A DNA stretch of 63,275 nt, counting the filler, from Stramenopiles sp. TOSAG23-6 (taxonomy: Eukaryota), in assembly GCA_900128565.1 (NCBI GenBank). It is 7 parts of 7 records of this genome, joined end to end, with 100 filler letters (N's around TTAATTAATTAA, not from the genome) between each part and the next. Parts side by side here need not be neighbours in the genome. Positions count along the whole stretch, not along the records: positions 24,237 to 36,199 come from LT636227.1; positions 36,300 to 48,242 come from LT636228.1; 5 more parts are not named here. One strand, 5' to 3'. This document shows positions 34,478-46,060 of this stretch, in pieces. Position 1 is the first letter of the stretch. The number at the start of each line of letters is the position of its first letter. The translations under genes and the position numbers were made by a program. The notes beneath the pieces were generated by a model. It made no database searches, was not told the DNA's origin, and saw only the letters and a list, made by a program, of their open reading frames with translations.

Positions 34478-36138
34478 ATGTAGAGAGAAGAGGATTGAAA
34501 CATCTCTGATGTTTCGACCATTGTGGTATTGGTTTTGGTGGTAACATTTCTTTCAACTCGTCATTAATCAAATCAAATAAAACCTTATTATGTATTGTGA
34601 AGAAATATTTTTTTGTTTTTTTGTTAGGTATAAAATTTCCTACGAAAACCAAAAAAAAAATTAAATTCATAACGAAAACGTACATGTATTTGCATATACT
34701 CAACAGAATGTCCAGATATTTTCTCATTATTTCGTTCGTGATTGACAAAATCATTGACATCTAAGACATCAAATGTTATTTGATTATCTTCAGATATTGG
34801 CTCAATTTGTGATTGATAATGATATTGTCGTTCAGCTGCAGCTTTGAGATTCTCTGAATAATAATTTTGATTTCCTTCCGTTAAATCGTGAATATAATTA
34901 CTGATATGCATCTTCCAATCATAAATATGTTTTTCATTCGACTGCTTAGAAGAATATTTATCTGTATCCACATCATCAAAATCATATTCATCATCTTTAT
35001 CTTCTTCAACAATATCATCATCTTTATCTTCTTCAACAATATCATCATCTTTATCTTCTTCAACGATATCATCATCTTTATCTTCTTCAACGATATTCTC
35101 TTCATTACCTTCTTCAACAATATCATCATCTTTATCTTCTTCAACGATATTCTCTTCATTACGGTTAGGACTAAACTTTTCTCCATCATCTTGTTCATCA
35201 TCATTGATATCTTCAATAATATCATCTTGTTCATCATCATTGATGTCTTCAATAAAAGATTCATTTAAATATTCTTCTTCGCCACCGGAGAAACTAATGT
35301 TTCCACCATTCCAATCAGAGTGAACAGAACCCAAAGAATCTCTCTGGGGTATTATTGTACTTCTTGGGCTTATTATAGCACTCTCTTCTCGACTTTTGCT
35401 AGGGATAGTTTTTAAAAATTGTTGACTTTCGTAACTTTCGTCTCCCCCACTAAATCCAGAAATATTTCCATCACCAACATCATTATCGTCATTATCATTT
35501 TCTAAGTTGTCACCACCATCATTATCGTCATTATCATTTTTAAAGTTGCATTGTTTTACTTCTTCCAAAATTTGTTGAGATTTATTTTCGTCATTTCTTT
35601 TTTCTCTCTCAAAAAATTCTTTTTTTCCTTCCTCAGAAATTGTCTCATTCACTTTTAATTCTTCCGGGGAAATATTCTTCATGTCATTATTTGAAATTTC
35701 TTGTATTGACTTCCTCACATCATTATCTGAATCATTTTGTTTATTTAAATCAATTGAAGTCTCAAATTCATCAGAGTATATACCACTATTTTCTACTGAA
35801 GAAGAAGGTGAAGAGGAAACTTTTGTTTGACTATTTTCTACTGAAAAAGAAGGTGAAGAGGAAACTTTTGTTTGACCTTTACAAGTCATTGAAATTGTTT
35901 CTGTAATCTCTTTACTTAATGGTGAAATATTTTCTGATTTTATCTCAGTGGAAGAAGAGACTATAGTAGTAGGCGAGTTTTGAATATATGAACGAGCTGG
36001 TTCAATATAATCGTATTCACTAGTAATCATTACAGGAATATCGTGTACATTATTAATTATTGGAGCTGTATTATTTACGAATCCTGTTGGTTGAGAGGAT
36101 ACTGATGATGTTTCATGAAAATTCAAATGACAAGTCCC
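34478..36138 (-). CDS. Acidic low-complexity protein with DUF4378-like motif (partial); intron 34590-34683
   Basis: After splicing QIHNKVLFDLINDEL; EEDKDDDIV repeats. Confidence 0.45.
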
Positions 36139-36199
36139 ATGTACTTTGGAAAAATATTTCAAAAAAAAAATCTAAAATTTTTTGTTAGGTACAAAATTT

Positions 36200-36299
36200 N
36201 NNNNNNNNNNNNNNNNNNNNNNNNNNNNNNNNNNNNNNNNNNNTTAATTAATTAANNNNNNNNNNNNNNNNNNNNNNNNNNNNNNNNNNNNNNNNNNNN
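36200..36299. other. Artificial contig linker
   Basis: N-TTAATTAATTAA-N. Confidence 0.95.
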
Positions 36300-36354
36300 C
36301 GTACGAAATTTTGTACCTAACGATTTTTTTTTCAAATATTTTTCCAAAATACAT

Positions 36355-37092
36355 ACATGGGGAATGGGAGACTCTTTTGTTCTTGGACATGGTAATGAAG
36401 ATAATCAATGGACCCCTAAAAAAGTTGAATCACTCAACGATGAAAAAATAGTTCAAATATCTGCTGGGTTTTATCACAGTATGGCACTTTCAGATAAAGG
36501 TGTGTTGTTTACATGGGGCGATGGGGACCATGGTAGACTTGGTCATGGTAATGAAGATTTCTGTCGTAAACCAAAAAAAATAGATGCTCTGTTGGGTAAG
36601 GAAATAGTCCAAATTTCAGCTGGCTCTAGCTTCAGTATGGCTTTATTATCAAATGGTAGGGTATATACTTGGGGTTTAGGAGATAATAGACTTGCCCATA
36701 TGTCTAATACGAATCAATATACTCCAAAAGTGGTAGAAGTTTTGTTATCTAAAAGAATTGTCCAAATATCTGCAGGAGATGAACATAGCTTGGCCTTGAC
36801 AGATAAGGGAAAAGTCCTTTCATGGGGATGTGGTGATTTTGGGAAGTTAGGACATGGTGACACGGAAGCGCTTAAATTCCCAAGAGAAATTAAATCTTTA
36901 ACAACAGACAATGATGAAGAAAAAATAGTTGAAATTTGTGCAGGTTTTGAAACAAGTTTAGTTCGTGCCAAAAAAGGTACAATCTATCAGTTTGGAAAAT
37001 CTCTTGTGCAAGAAGATGAAGATGGTGATGAGAGTCTTTTTGAGGGAGAAGACTTTTCTGATTTACCTGTTATACTTGATATGGCGAAATAA
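36355..37092 (+). CDS. RCC1-repeat protein (5' partial)
   Basis: Repeats of IVQISAG..HS.AL...G....WG.G..G.LGHG. Confidence 0.9.
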   Translation, partial: TWGMGDSFVLGHGNEDNQWTPKKVESLNDEKIVQISAGFYHSMALSDKGVLFTWGDGDHGRLGHGNEDFCRKPKKIDALLGKEIVQISAGSSFSMALLSNGRVYTWGLGDNRLAHMSNTNQYTPKVVEVLLSKRIVQISAGDEHSLALTDKGKVLSWGCGDFGKLGHGDTEALKFPREIKSLTTDNDEEKIVEICAGFETSLVRAKKGTIYQFGKSLVQEDEDGDESLFEGEDFSDLPVILDMAK

Positions 37093-37289
37093 TGCAGGTG
37101 CAAAATTACGTGATGTGGTAATATCCCTCTTTAAAACCCCCAAGTATATGGGAGTTTTGATACAATAAAATTGAACATAGATACAATACAATACAATGGA
37201 ACATAATGTGAAGCTTTAGTGCTCCTTTGATTTTTCTTTTAGTACATTATTTTTTATATTCTTGCCACAACCTTTATAAAAACTTCACA

Positions 37290-39314
37290 CTATTCTTCTA
37301 TTTTCTGTTTCTTTTTTTTATCCGTGGAAACATCACAACCTTCTTCCACTTGACGCTTGAGTTTTGTTTTAGAATTAGATTTTTGCCTCTTTTCAGCGAT
37401 TTTCTTCATTTTAGCGATGCCTTTCTCCTTTGACCTACTCTTGACTTTTTGTCGAGACCTATTTTTTGCATTTTGAGCCTCGCCATGAGAGAGATCTTTG
37501 AACTTACAAGCAACCTTTAAATGACCAAAATCATTACAATGTTCACATTTTGCTGTTTTACGAACAGGACAAGTATTTCGTCGGTGCCCAGTTTCAGCAC
37601 AAACAAAACAAGTTCTTGTGGTATTCTTTACAATTTTATCATTTTTTGATTTGTCATTTTGCCGCATTTTCTTTTTTTTCCTCTTTATAAAAGGGGCATC
37701 GCCTAAAATTTTTTGCCGAGCTATTGAAATACGCCACAAACGACTATTTGTTTTATGGTACTGCGGCGAATCAATGGATTCTTTCCAAGTTCGAAAAGGA
37801 CAACCATCACTTTCTTTTTGCTTCTTTACTGTTGTCTTGGATATTTCGTGTTTTTTCACAAGTTTAGCAAATTCAGGATAAATATGTTCTCGTTTAAATC
37901 TTTCTCGTCTTTCTTTTATAGGATCCAAATCCATCGAAATACATCCATGAATACTCGCTTTTTTCGTATCGTAGCTATCAAAAAAACATTTATCTAAAAA
38001 TAAGCCTTCTCCGGGAGCTGTTGGAACATGGCATTTATATAGTGTGAAAAATATTTTTAGAAAAAAAAAAATAAGTACGGAATTTCCTATGTAAAAAAAA
38101 TAAATTGGGAATGGATAATAAAAATGTACATGTCTTTCAAGAGCAACTTCAACAGCCTCCATCGGCAAAACACCTCTAGCAATTTGAATGGCTAGGCCAA
38201 TCATTTTACGTATTTGATGCATTATAAAACTTTGTCCTAAAACATTAATACGAACAAATTCTTCTCCTATATTGTGAAAAAATATTTTTTTTTCGTAAAA
38301 TGTTTTAGGTACGAAATTTCGTACGAAAAAAAAAATAAATTCGAAATTGAAAAAAATAAACGTACCGTCGGATAAAAAAGGATCTGAACATGTAAAAGAT
38401 TTTATATATCGCATACATTGCGGATCGTTTGGCTTCTTTCTTACAGTAAAATTATAATATCGATGCGTTCCACAGTATCGTTGAAGTACCGTACGAAACC
38501 GATGCAGTACATTTGAGTTTACAAAAGAAGAAGATAACGAGTTTGATGCTACACCTGTAGTGTAAACACTTTCGTCGGAGTTACTGTTACTACTATTACT
38601 ACTATTACTAAAAGGAGTACCTGTTATAAAACCTTCTCGTCGATTCCAACCTTCACGAATACCATTCGCTTCAGACAAACCTGTCTGAAAAGAATCACAG
38701 CCACTTTCCCATTGCTTTTCACGAGAAACAGGAGTTAGAATAAATGTTGGTAATATATATTCATATGCTCGAGAATCGCAGCAAAATCTAGCATTGAAAC
38801 TTGTCGTAACTCTTCTACAACCTAACACTGATAACTGAGGTGGAAGATGCGCATTGATCGACGCAGGTATCACATCCATCGTATTATTTAGATCCTCAGG
38901 TGTGACCATGAGCTTTAACGCGACTAGATTACCAGCAGCGTGTACACCTTTGTCTGTACGTGCTGCTCGTGTATAACCGGTCTTGGATAAATTACCACCA
39001 CCATCGTAGTTACTATCGAGAACATATCCTGCCTTAAAAAGTGCTTTTTCTAATTCAGCTTCGATTGTCTTTACCTTTGTATCTTTTTGATATTGAAGAC
39101 CCGAGAACCCAGTCCCACAGTATGCGATAGTAAGACAAACCTTTCGCTTTGGTTTACGTTTTGCGGCAACAAGGGGATTTGGAACTCCCCAGTTTTCATC
39201 ATCGTCACTCTTCTTTGCACAAAATTCACTCAGTCCTTCACCTTGGTTCTGTGCCACTGGCGCTACGGTCAAAGCACTTGTCGTTTTAGTGGCCCCCATT
39301 GTTGCACCTGGCAT
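37290..39314 (-). CDS. PUS1: tRNA pseudouridine synthase TruA/Pus1 with C-terminal CCHC zinc knuckles; introns 38267-38365 and 38037-38129
   Basis: AYCGTGFSGLQ, RAARTDKGVHA, FNARFCCDSRAYEY, GTHRYYNFT, GQSFIMHQIRKMIG and PTAPGEGLFL. Confidence 0.9.
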   Translation of the reverse strand: MPGATMGATKTTSALTVAPVAQNQGEGLSEFCAKKSDDDENWGVPNPLVAAKRKPKRKVCLTIAYCGTGFSGLQYQKDTKVKTIEAELEKALFKAGYVLDSNYDGGGNLSKTGYTRAARTDKGVHAAGNLVALKLMVTPEDLNNTMDVIPASINAHLPPQLSVLGCRRVTTSFNARFCCDSRAYEYILPTFILTPVSREKQWESGCDSFQTGLSEANGIREGWNRREGFITGTPFSNSSNSSNSNSDESVYTTGVASNSLSSSFVNSNVLHRFRTVLQRYCGTHRYYNFTVRKKPNDPQCMRYIKSFTCSDPFLSDGTFIFFNFEFIFFFVRNFVPKTFYEKKIFFHNIGEEFVRINVLGQSFIMHQIRKMIGLAIQIARGVLPMEAVEVALERHVHFYYPFPIYFFYIGNSVLIFFFLKIFFTLYKCHVPTAPGEGLFLDKCFFDSYDTKKASIHGCISMDLDPIKERRERFKREHIYPEFAKLVKKHEISKTTVKKQKESDGCPFRTWKESIDSPQYHKTNSRLWRISIARQKILGDAPFIKRKKKKMRQNDKSKNDKIVKNTTRTCFVCAETGHRRNTCPVRKTAKCEHCNDFGHLKVACKFKDLSHGEAQNAKNRSRQKVKSRSKEKGIAKMKKIAEKRQKSNSKTKLKRQVEEGCDVSTDKKKKQKIEE

Positions 39315-39591
39315 AAAAAATGCCTTCAAGGTTGGTGATAATTACTGTAATACCTTAGCTAGACAGTTTATAGGCTAGTTAGTACATAATATCATGTTCA
39401 TAACACCAAAAACACGCTAAATAGCGCTGAACTAATTCTGACGTCAGTCATCTCATTTGACTGATGATTGATCGTACAGTTACAGAAATTAGATATACTT
39501 TGGAAAGGATTAATACTATATCTATGTTTTGATCTTGGTAAATTCGAAACGACTGAAAATGTTATCAAGATAGCGTAAAAGTTACAAATAA

Positions 39592-41997
39592 ATGGAAGGT
39601 ACGACATTAGACGATAAAGGCAACAGTAGCGAAACGAGAAAATATTCAGTTGATTCTTTTGCAGTACAACCTCGGTCGTTACTGGAAGTTAGTGAAGCTG
39701 GATTGAAGATCGGTATAGATATCATTTATCAACCTCGTTATGCTTGGCTAGCTGAGGAATTTCTTTGCAGCTCTCTTGGCGAAAACGTAATCGAGTCTAA
39801 AGATGATGAAGGAAATGATTACTTCATGAATACAGTTACTAATGAGTCTTTCTGGGAACATCCAAGGTTAGACTATTTTAAAGATTTATATAACACAATT
39901 AAAGCAGAAGATGAGAAAAAGGGTTGCAAAAGTGTAAGTATAAAATCGAGACTTTCGCTCAATGACAAACAAGGCAAGCATTTAGCAAATACATCAGATA
40001 TAAACAAAAATAAATCGAAACATGAATCGAACAATTTATCAAAACCCAAAGAGCCCATAGAGAAAATAATTTGTGATCCGAATTATCTAATTGAGACAGC
40101 AAAACATTTAGGAGTGAAATTTGGAGTTGACGATGAAAGCGAAGTCCGAGAGTTTAATCTTCTCTCATATGCAGGTGAATATTTATATATGCAGCATGCG
40201 TCTACTGCTCCAAATCCGTGGCAGGTTAGTGTAGATGAGCATTCACAAACATACTTTTACAACTGGGTAACGAACGTATCCAGTTACATTGACCCTCGCG
40301 ATGATTATTTTAAAAAGGCAGTTGGTAATGCGAGACGTGCAAATATAGCACGATATAAAAACTATCCTAAGGGTTGGAATGGTGGATATTTAGATTGTTG
40401 GTATGTTTTTGCGGATGCAACCAAGGATAACAATGTATTCTATTATAATTTTAAAACTGGTAAAAAGAGGGCAAACTGTCCAAATATTGGTTTAAATCTA
40501 ACGTTGGTATTTCAGAGATGTTGTCGTAGATTCCTAGCAAAACAAATCCGTAAAAAAAATCTTGAGAAGCAACATCTTGCTAAATTATTTGCAACGACTG
40601 CTTTCGTAAGTCTAAGTGCATCTAGTCTAGCATCTAGTGTATCTATTGAAGCAAGCACCTTGGCGGAAGATTTATTTAACCGGGTTAAAGCGGAGCAGAA
40701 AGTTGCCGAGATAGAGCAGAAAGTTGCCGAGACAGCACAGGCGCATTTAGATGACTTTCTACAAAAAGAAATTGAAAAAGAATTAGAGATGGAGCGACAA
40801 GAACGGGAAGCAGAAATATTTTCTTTGGAGCAAATGCGCAAAGCAGAAGTCGAGCAACGCAACAAAGGTGATGCATTCTTGGGATTTTACCAGGCGCATT
40901 TAAATGACTTTCTACAAAAAGAACTTGAAGAAGAATTAGAGATGGAGCGACAAGAACGGGAAGCAGAAATACTTTCTTTGGAGCAAATGCACAAAGCAGA
41001 AGTCGAGCAACGCAGCAAAGGTGATAAATTCTGGGGAATTGACCTGCATATGATTTATTTACAACGTGAAAGAGATCGGGAAGGAATGGTTCAGGCAGAG
41101 GAGTATACATTGGCATGGATAGCATTTGAAAAGGCACAGCGTCAGAAATCTTGGGAAAGAGTTCAGCAAATTAAGCTAGCCGAAGCGATGCGACATGAGC
41201 GTAATAGAAATAAGCGAATGTGCCAAGAGGAAAAGCATGTACGTTTTCAGAACTGAATTTCGAATTTATTTTTTTTCATAAAAAGATTTGTACCTAACGA
41301 ATGTTTTTACCAAAACAAATATTTTTTCATAATACATCAAACAGCTTTTGGTGACTCATTCTGGGGTTTGGATGTTATGAAGAAAAACATAAAACAAAGA
41401 TTTATGGCTGAAGAGGTTCGTCAAAATCAACTCAATGATGCTCAACTTGCAAAGTTGCATAGATCTTGGGAACTGATTGGTGCCCAAAGGATAAAAGCCC
41501 AACGTGATATTGCACAACGTAAACATTCACAGAATGCAAAGCGGTACATGAAATCATTTTGGAATGCTAAACACACTTCATTTACTGCTATTCATAGGTG
41601 GAATGAGAGTAACGATACCCCTGTAGAAGACGCATCCAAACAAAATCATCTAATGCTTCCTCTTCACTTCGCTACTGCCCCTCTGGACGCTGAACAAGCA
41701 CAAGTATTTCATTCTTCTAATTCAGGGAAAAGGGGATCTGGAAGAATGATTTACAAGGAGCCAGATACACGTTGCTTTCTTCCAAACTTACAGAGTAATA
41801 GCCCCAAAGTGAATTTATACAAACGACACACCGGAGCGGATTTGCGGTCATCGATCGTAAAGAGGGAAACGAAATCTGTGCGGGATAAATCGTTAAAAAG
41901 TAAAAGTCGTAAAAATGGTGTTAATAGTAACAATACTAAGCTTCCTCTTATGGTTAAAAATCATTCAAAGTCAATGGTAAAACAAACTACTGGGTAA
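39592..41997 (+). CDS. WW-domain protein (CEP164-like N-terminus) with IQ-like motif and coiled coil; intron 41239-41337
   Basis: YAWLAEE...DYFMNTVTNESFWEHP; PWQVSVDEHSQTYFYNWVTNVSSYIDP; internal ~50-aa duplication. Confidence 0.65.
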
Positions 41998-42119
41998 AAT
42001 ATTCTGTACCAAAGATCTACGAACGGGAATACTTAAGGTGCATCATGCATATTTTATAAAAAAAAACAGTCAACAATTTTATCTTGTAGTACTATGAGGA
42101 CTTTCTAATGTTAATTTAT

Positions 42120-43739
42120 TCATTTATCACTCGGAACAAATACAACACTGTTGCTTAGACCTTCATAATGATGATGCTCTTTTAGAGATTCGACAGTACC
42201 AATGTGTATAGTGAAAAAATATTGATGTTTGTTTTTGTTAGGTACAGAATTTTTTATGAAAAAAAAAATAAAAATAAATTTGAAATGAAATGAACAATGA
42301 CAACATATAAGCATTTCTTCTACCTTTCGGAAATTCATTTCAAGTTTTTCTTCAGCCTTTTTGCATGAATACTTTAACTTTTCTGGGACATTACTTTTCC
42401 CTTGATTCGAATTTTGATTCAAATTTTGACTAAAATCCTTTTTTTGAGGTTGGATTCCTGCAGGTTCTACTAATGCTAACGTCGAATAAATTTTTGACCA
42501 AGGGACTACATCACCAATAAGTAAAACTCGCTCATTGTCTACCGTTTCAAGCTCATGAGCTTTGATGTGTGCTAAGGCAACGTCTCTAACATCGATAAAT
42601 GCCTTCTCAAGCAAAGGAGAGGGTGGATTTAATGTATTTTGGAAAAATATTTCAAAAAAAAACTCGTTAGGTACAAAATTTCGTACGAAACAAAACTCGA
42701 GTTTGAAAAAAAATTAAACATACATGATTTTCCATTTATAAGCTGTAGAATTTGCTGAAGACTTTGATTGAGTTTAGGTTGTAAAGCAGGACCAAGAATT
42801 AGTGTTGGATTCATGTATTGTAAAACATATTTGTTTTTACGTAATAAAACAATGTTAAGTTTCTATGAAAAAAGAAATGTAGGTGAAACATTGAAATGGA
42901 CATTGAAATGGACATTGAAATGGACATTGAAATGACAACGTACATTACAACAAGTTTAAAAGGAGGTGATTTTGTTTTGATAAAATCCCACGCTGCTCTC
43001 TCCGCTCGAAGTTTACTCAGAGCATACCAATCTTCATGTGCTAATAATTCTGCATCGCTACTCCAATCATTCTCAGTAAATATATGGGAATCAGGTTTAC
43101 CTGTGTAACAATATACTGTAGCAGTCGAACTTGTGATAACAACACGTTCAACAGTGTATTGTGAAAGAAAAAAAATATTTTAAATCGTTAGGTACGAAAT
43201 TTCGTATGAAAAAAAATTAAATTGAAATTCATGATGAAAACATACGTTCTACTTTGAGCACAAGCACTGAGAATTCCAATAGTCCCTTCAATAGCTGGTG
43301 GAAGCATATTGTTTGAATTGTATTCTAAGTTGCCTTTTGCGACACTTGGAGCAGCGAGGAAAAACGGTGAAGCAGTATGAAACACACAACAACAATCCGA
43401 AATAGCCAAGTTGAATGAGTCAGGACGTGACAAATCTGCCTCGAACAATTTTAGACGCTGGAGAGCTCCTGGAAGGGACTGTAAATGCTTTATACGATCA
43501 CCCGTAAATTTGCGCACCGTGCCTCGCACATGATACCCCCTTTCTAGAAGTTGACGGACTAGTTCTGAAGCGAAGAAACCAGAAGCTCCTGTAACACACA
43601 CACGTTTTTTACGAACCAACAGGCGACGTCTCTGTGACAGGCGTGCCATAAGAGCTGCACCAGCGATTCCAGTAGCAACTCCAAATAAGAGCTTTGATAT
43701 TAGAGAACGATTTGGCATTTCCAATGCAATCATTGGCAT
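42120..43739 (-). CDS. NAD-dependent epimerase/dehydratase (DFR/CCR-like SDR); introns 43154-43245, 42813-42943, 42632-42723, 42204-42308
   Basis: VCVTGASGFFAS, VRGTVR, VFHTASP, RVVITSS, WYALSKLRAE, MNPTLILGP and FIDVRDVALAH. Confidence 0.9.
43154..43245 (-). mobile_element. Introner-like intron, GT...AC
   Basis: AGA AC|GTATGT...AATACAC|T GTT GAA CGT gives SRTVERVVITSS; AC duplicated. Confidence 0.8.
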
Positions 43740-44010
43740 CTTCACTACGACGTCACTCAGCAAAAAAAAGAAACAGGAAATGAGGTTAAAGAAGAGTACG
43801 AAAATACCTTGGACAGTGGAGTCGCGAGTCAGACGAATTGGCAAAAAATGTCATTTTTTTTTTAACAGTTACTGTCATATTTTGAGTGATCACGTGAATA
43901 TGTTGACGTTGACATCATATGATATCTTTTACATGAACCTTCCGGGAAAAAAAAAGGAAAGATTTTTCTGACAATTTGAAATTGCAAAGTTGCAATCCTA
44001 TCTTTACCCC

Positions 44011-45850
44011 ATGTGGTATGTTTTCCGAGTACATCTCATCATATTTGCACTAGTTTATACGTGCATTGCGAATGCTCTTGACAACGGTCTAGCACGCACA
44101 CCACCACAAGGGTGGAGCACTTGGAACACTTTCGGTTGTGACATCAGTGAGAAGCTATTGTTGGAAGTGGCAGACGCCATAAAAAAACGAGGCATGTTGG
44201 ACATGGGCTATGACCTACTCAACATCGATGACTGTTGGGCTTCCAAGACGCGTGATGCTGTAACTGGTCGCATGGTCGCTGATCCTGTACGCTTTCCAAG
44301 TGGTATGGGAGGGCTTGTAAAAAACTTGCATGCCAAAGGTTTTCGAGTTGGGCTTTATACAGACGTCGGTTCGAAAACTTGTGCTGGTTACCCCGGAAGT
44401 GGTCCTTATGGAGGTAAACATCGCTTGAGATCCCGTAATCAACAATACGCAGAAAATGCTACAACAGCAAGCGAAGAAAATGTGATGACCAAAAAAGAGA
44501 ACAATTTTATACTGGACGCCAAAACATTTGCAGATTGGGAAATTGACTATCTAAAAATAGATAGGTGCTATGAAACTTCACAAGAAAAAAATGAACCTTG
44601 GGAGTTCTATACCAATTTTTCAGCTGCACTTAATGCCACGGGACGACCTATCGAAGTCTCAATATGCAACTGGGGCTTCAAGAAACCATGGACGTGTACG
44701 TTTTTTTCATCATGAATTTCAAATTTATTTTATTTTTTTCAAAAAATTTGTACATTACAATTTTTTTTTTAAATATTTTTTCACAATACATGGGCAAGTA
44801 ATATCGGAAATCTTTGGCGGACAACCACTGATATATTTCCAAGCTATCAGCGTGTAATTACTGTGTTAGATGAACAGGTACAACTTGCACCATTCGCAGG
44901 TCCTGGTCATTGGAATGATCCAGATATGTACATTTCCTTCATTCAGGTCCAAATTTCAATTTCGAATTTTTTTTTTGTACTAAATTCTGTACCTAACGAA
45001 TTTTTCTAATTTGTTTTTTCAAAATACATGCTCGAGGTTGGTGTAAAAGGAAATGTAATGAACTATAAATATATGCCAAGCACTGAACTCACAATTTCAG
45101 AATCTTCGCTTCACTTTTCGATATATGTTTTCATCATGGATTTAAATTTTTTTTTTTTGGCACGAAATTTTATACCTAACAAAATGTCAATTTTTAAAAA
45201 TATTTTTCCAAAATACATGTGGGGTATGCTTGCAGCTCCACTCATCGCAGGTGCTGATATTCGCACAGTTTCGGATGACTTTTTGAAAATTCTCACAAAT
45301 GCTGAAATAATTCATACAATCAATCAAGATCCACTAGGTATACAAGCAACACGAGTGTACTTTTTCAACACGAATTTTTATTTTTTTATTTTTTTTTCAT
45401 AGAAAATTTTGTAAGTAACGATATTTTTATTTTTTTAAATTTTCACAAAACATATCTCAAACGAAATCAGGAAGATTCGTACCTGCCATACTTATACCTG
45501 AGGAATTCATGGGCCATGCATCTTTCTGTTATGGAACATGTAAACGAATAGAAGTATGGGTTAAACCTCTTGTAAATGGACGAGCTGCCGTGGCATTACT
45601 CAATGTTGGAGATCAGTTTACAGATAAAAGTAAAGACTTCAAGGCTGAGAACGTGTCTATTTCAGTAAGTGACATCATTGGTCTTTCGCCATCAGATGCT
45701 CCATTTTGTGTACATGATGCGTTACGTCACATTGATACTGATGAAAGGCTGACTATGAATTCAGTACTTTTGCGAAAACAAATACCTGTACATTCACATG
45801 AGCTTTTATTGGTTGAATCATGTACTATACAAGAAGAGGTAATTAGATAA
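44011..45850 (+). CDS. Alpha-galactosidase, glycoside hydrolase family 27; introns 44696-44791, 44928-45029, 45123-45218, 45357-45453
   Basis: LDNGLARTPPQGWSTWN, NIDDCW, IDYLKID; after splicing GNLWRTTTDI, WNDPDMLEVG and HFSMWGMLAAPL. Confidence 0.92.
44928..45029 (+). mobile_element. Introner-like intron, GT...AT, inside WNDPDMLEVG
   Basis: GAT AT|GTACAT...AATACAT|G CTC GAG GTT GGT. Confidence 0.88.
45123..45218 (+). mobile_element. Introner-like intron, AT...AT
   Basis: TCG AT|ATATGT...AATACAT|G TGG gives HFSMW. Confidence 0.82.
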
Positions 45851-46060
45851 AAAGTTAATGTAAATAAGCACAAAAGGTAAATTTAATTTGATATAAATTG
45901 ATCCTCAACCCTATTTGTTCTTTATCTTTAATTACTTCTTGTTACGATACAAAAGGTTTCATTTTGTGTTACGAGTTAACCATCGAAAATAAAGTGAATC
46001 ATATATTTTCTATTGATTTTATTTTTTATTTTCAAAGCAAACTCAAATAAAAAAGAAGTA

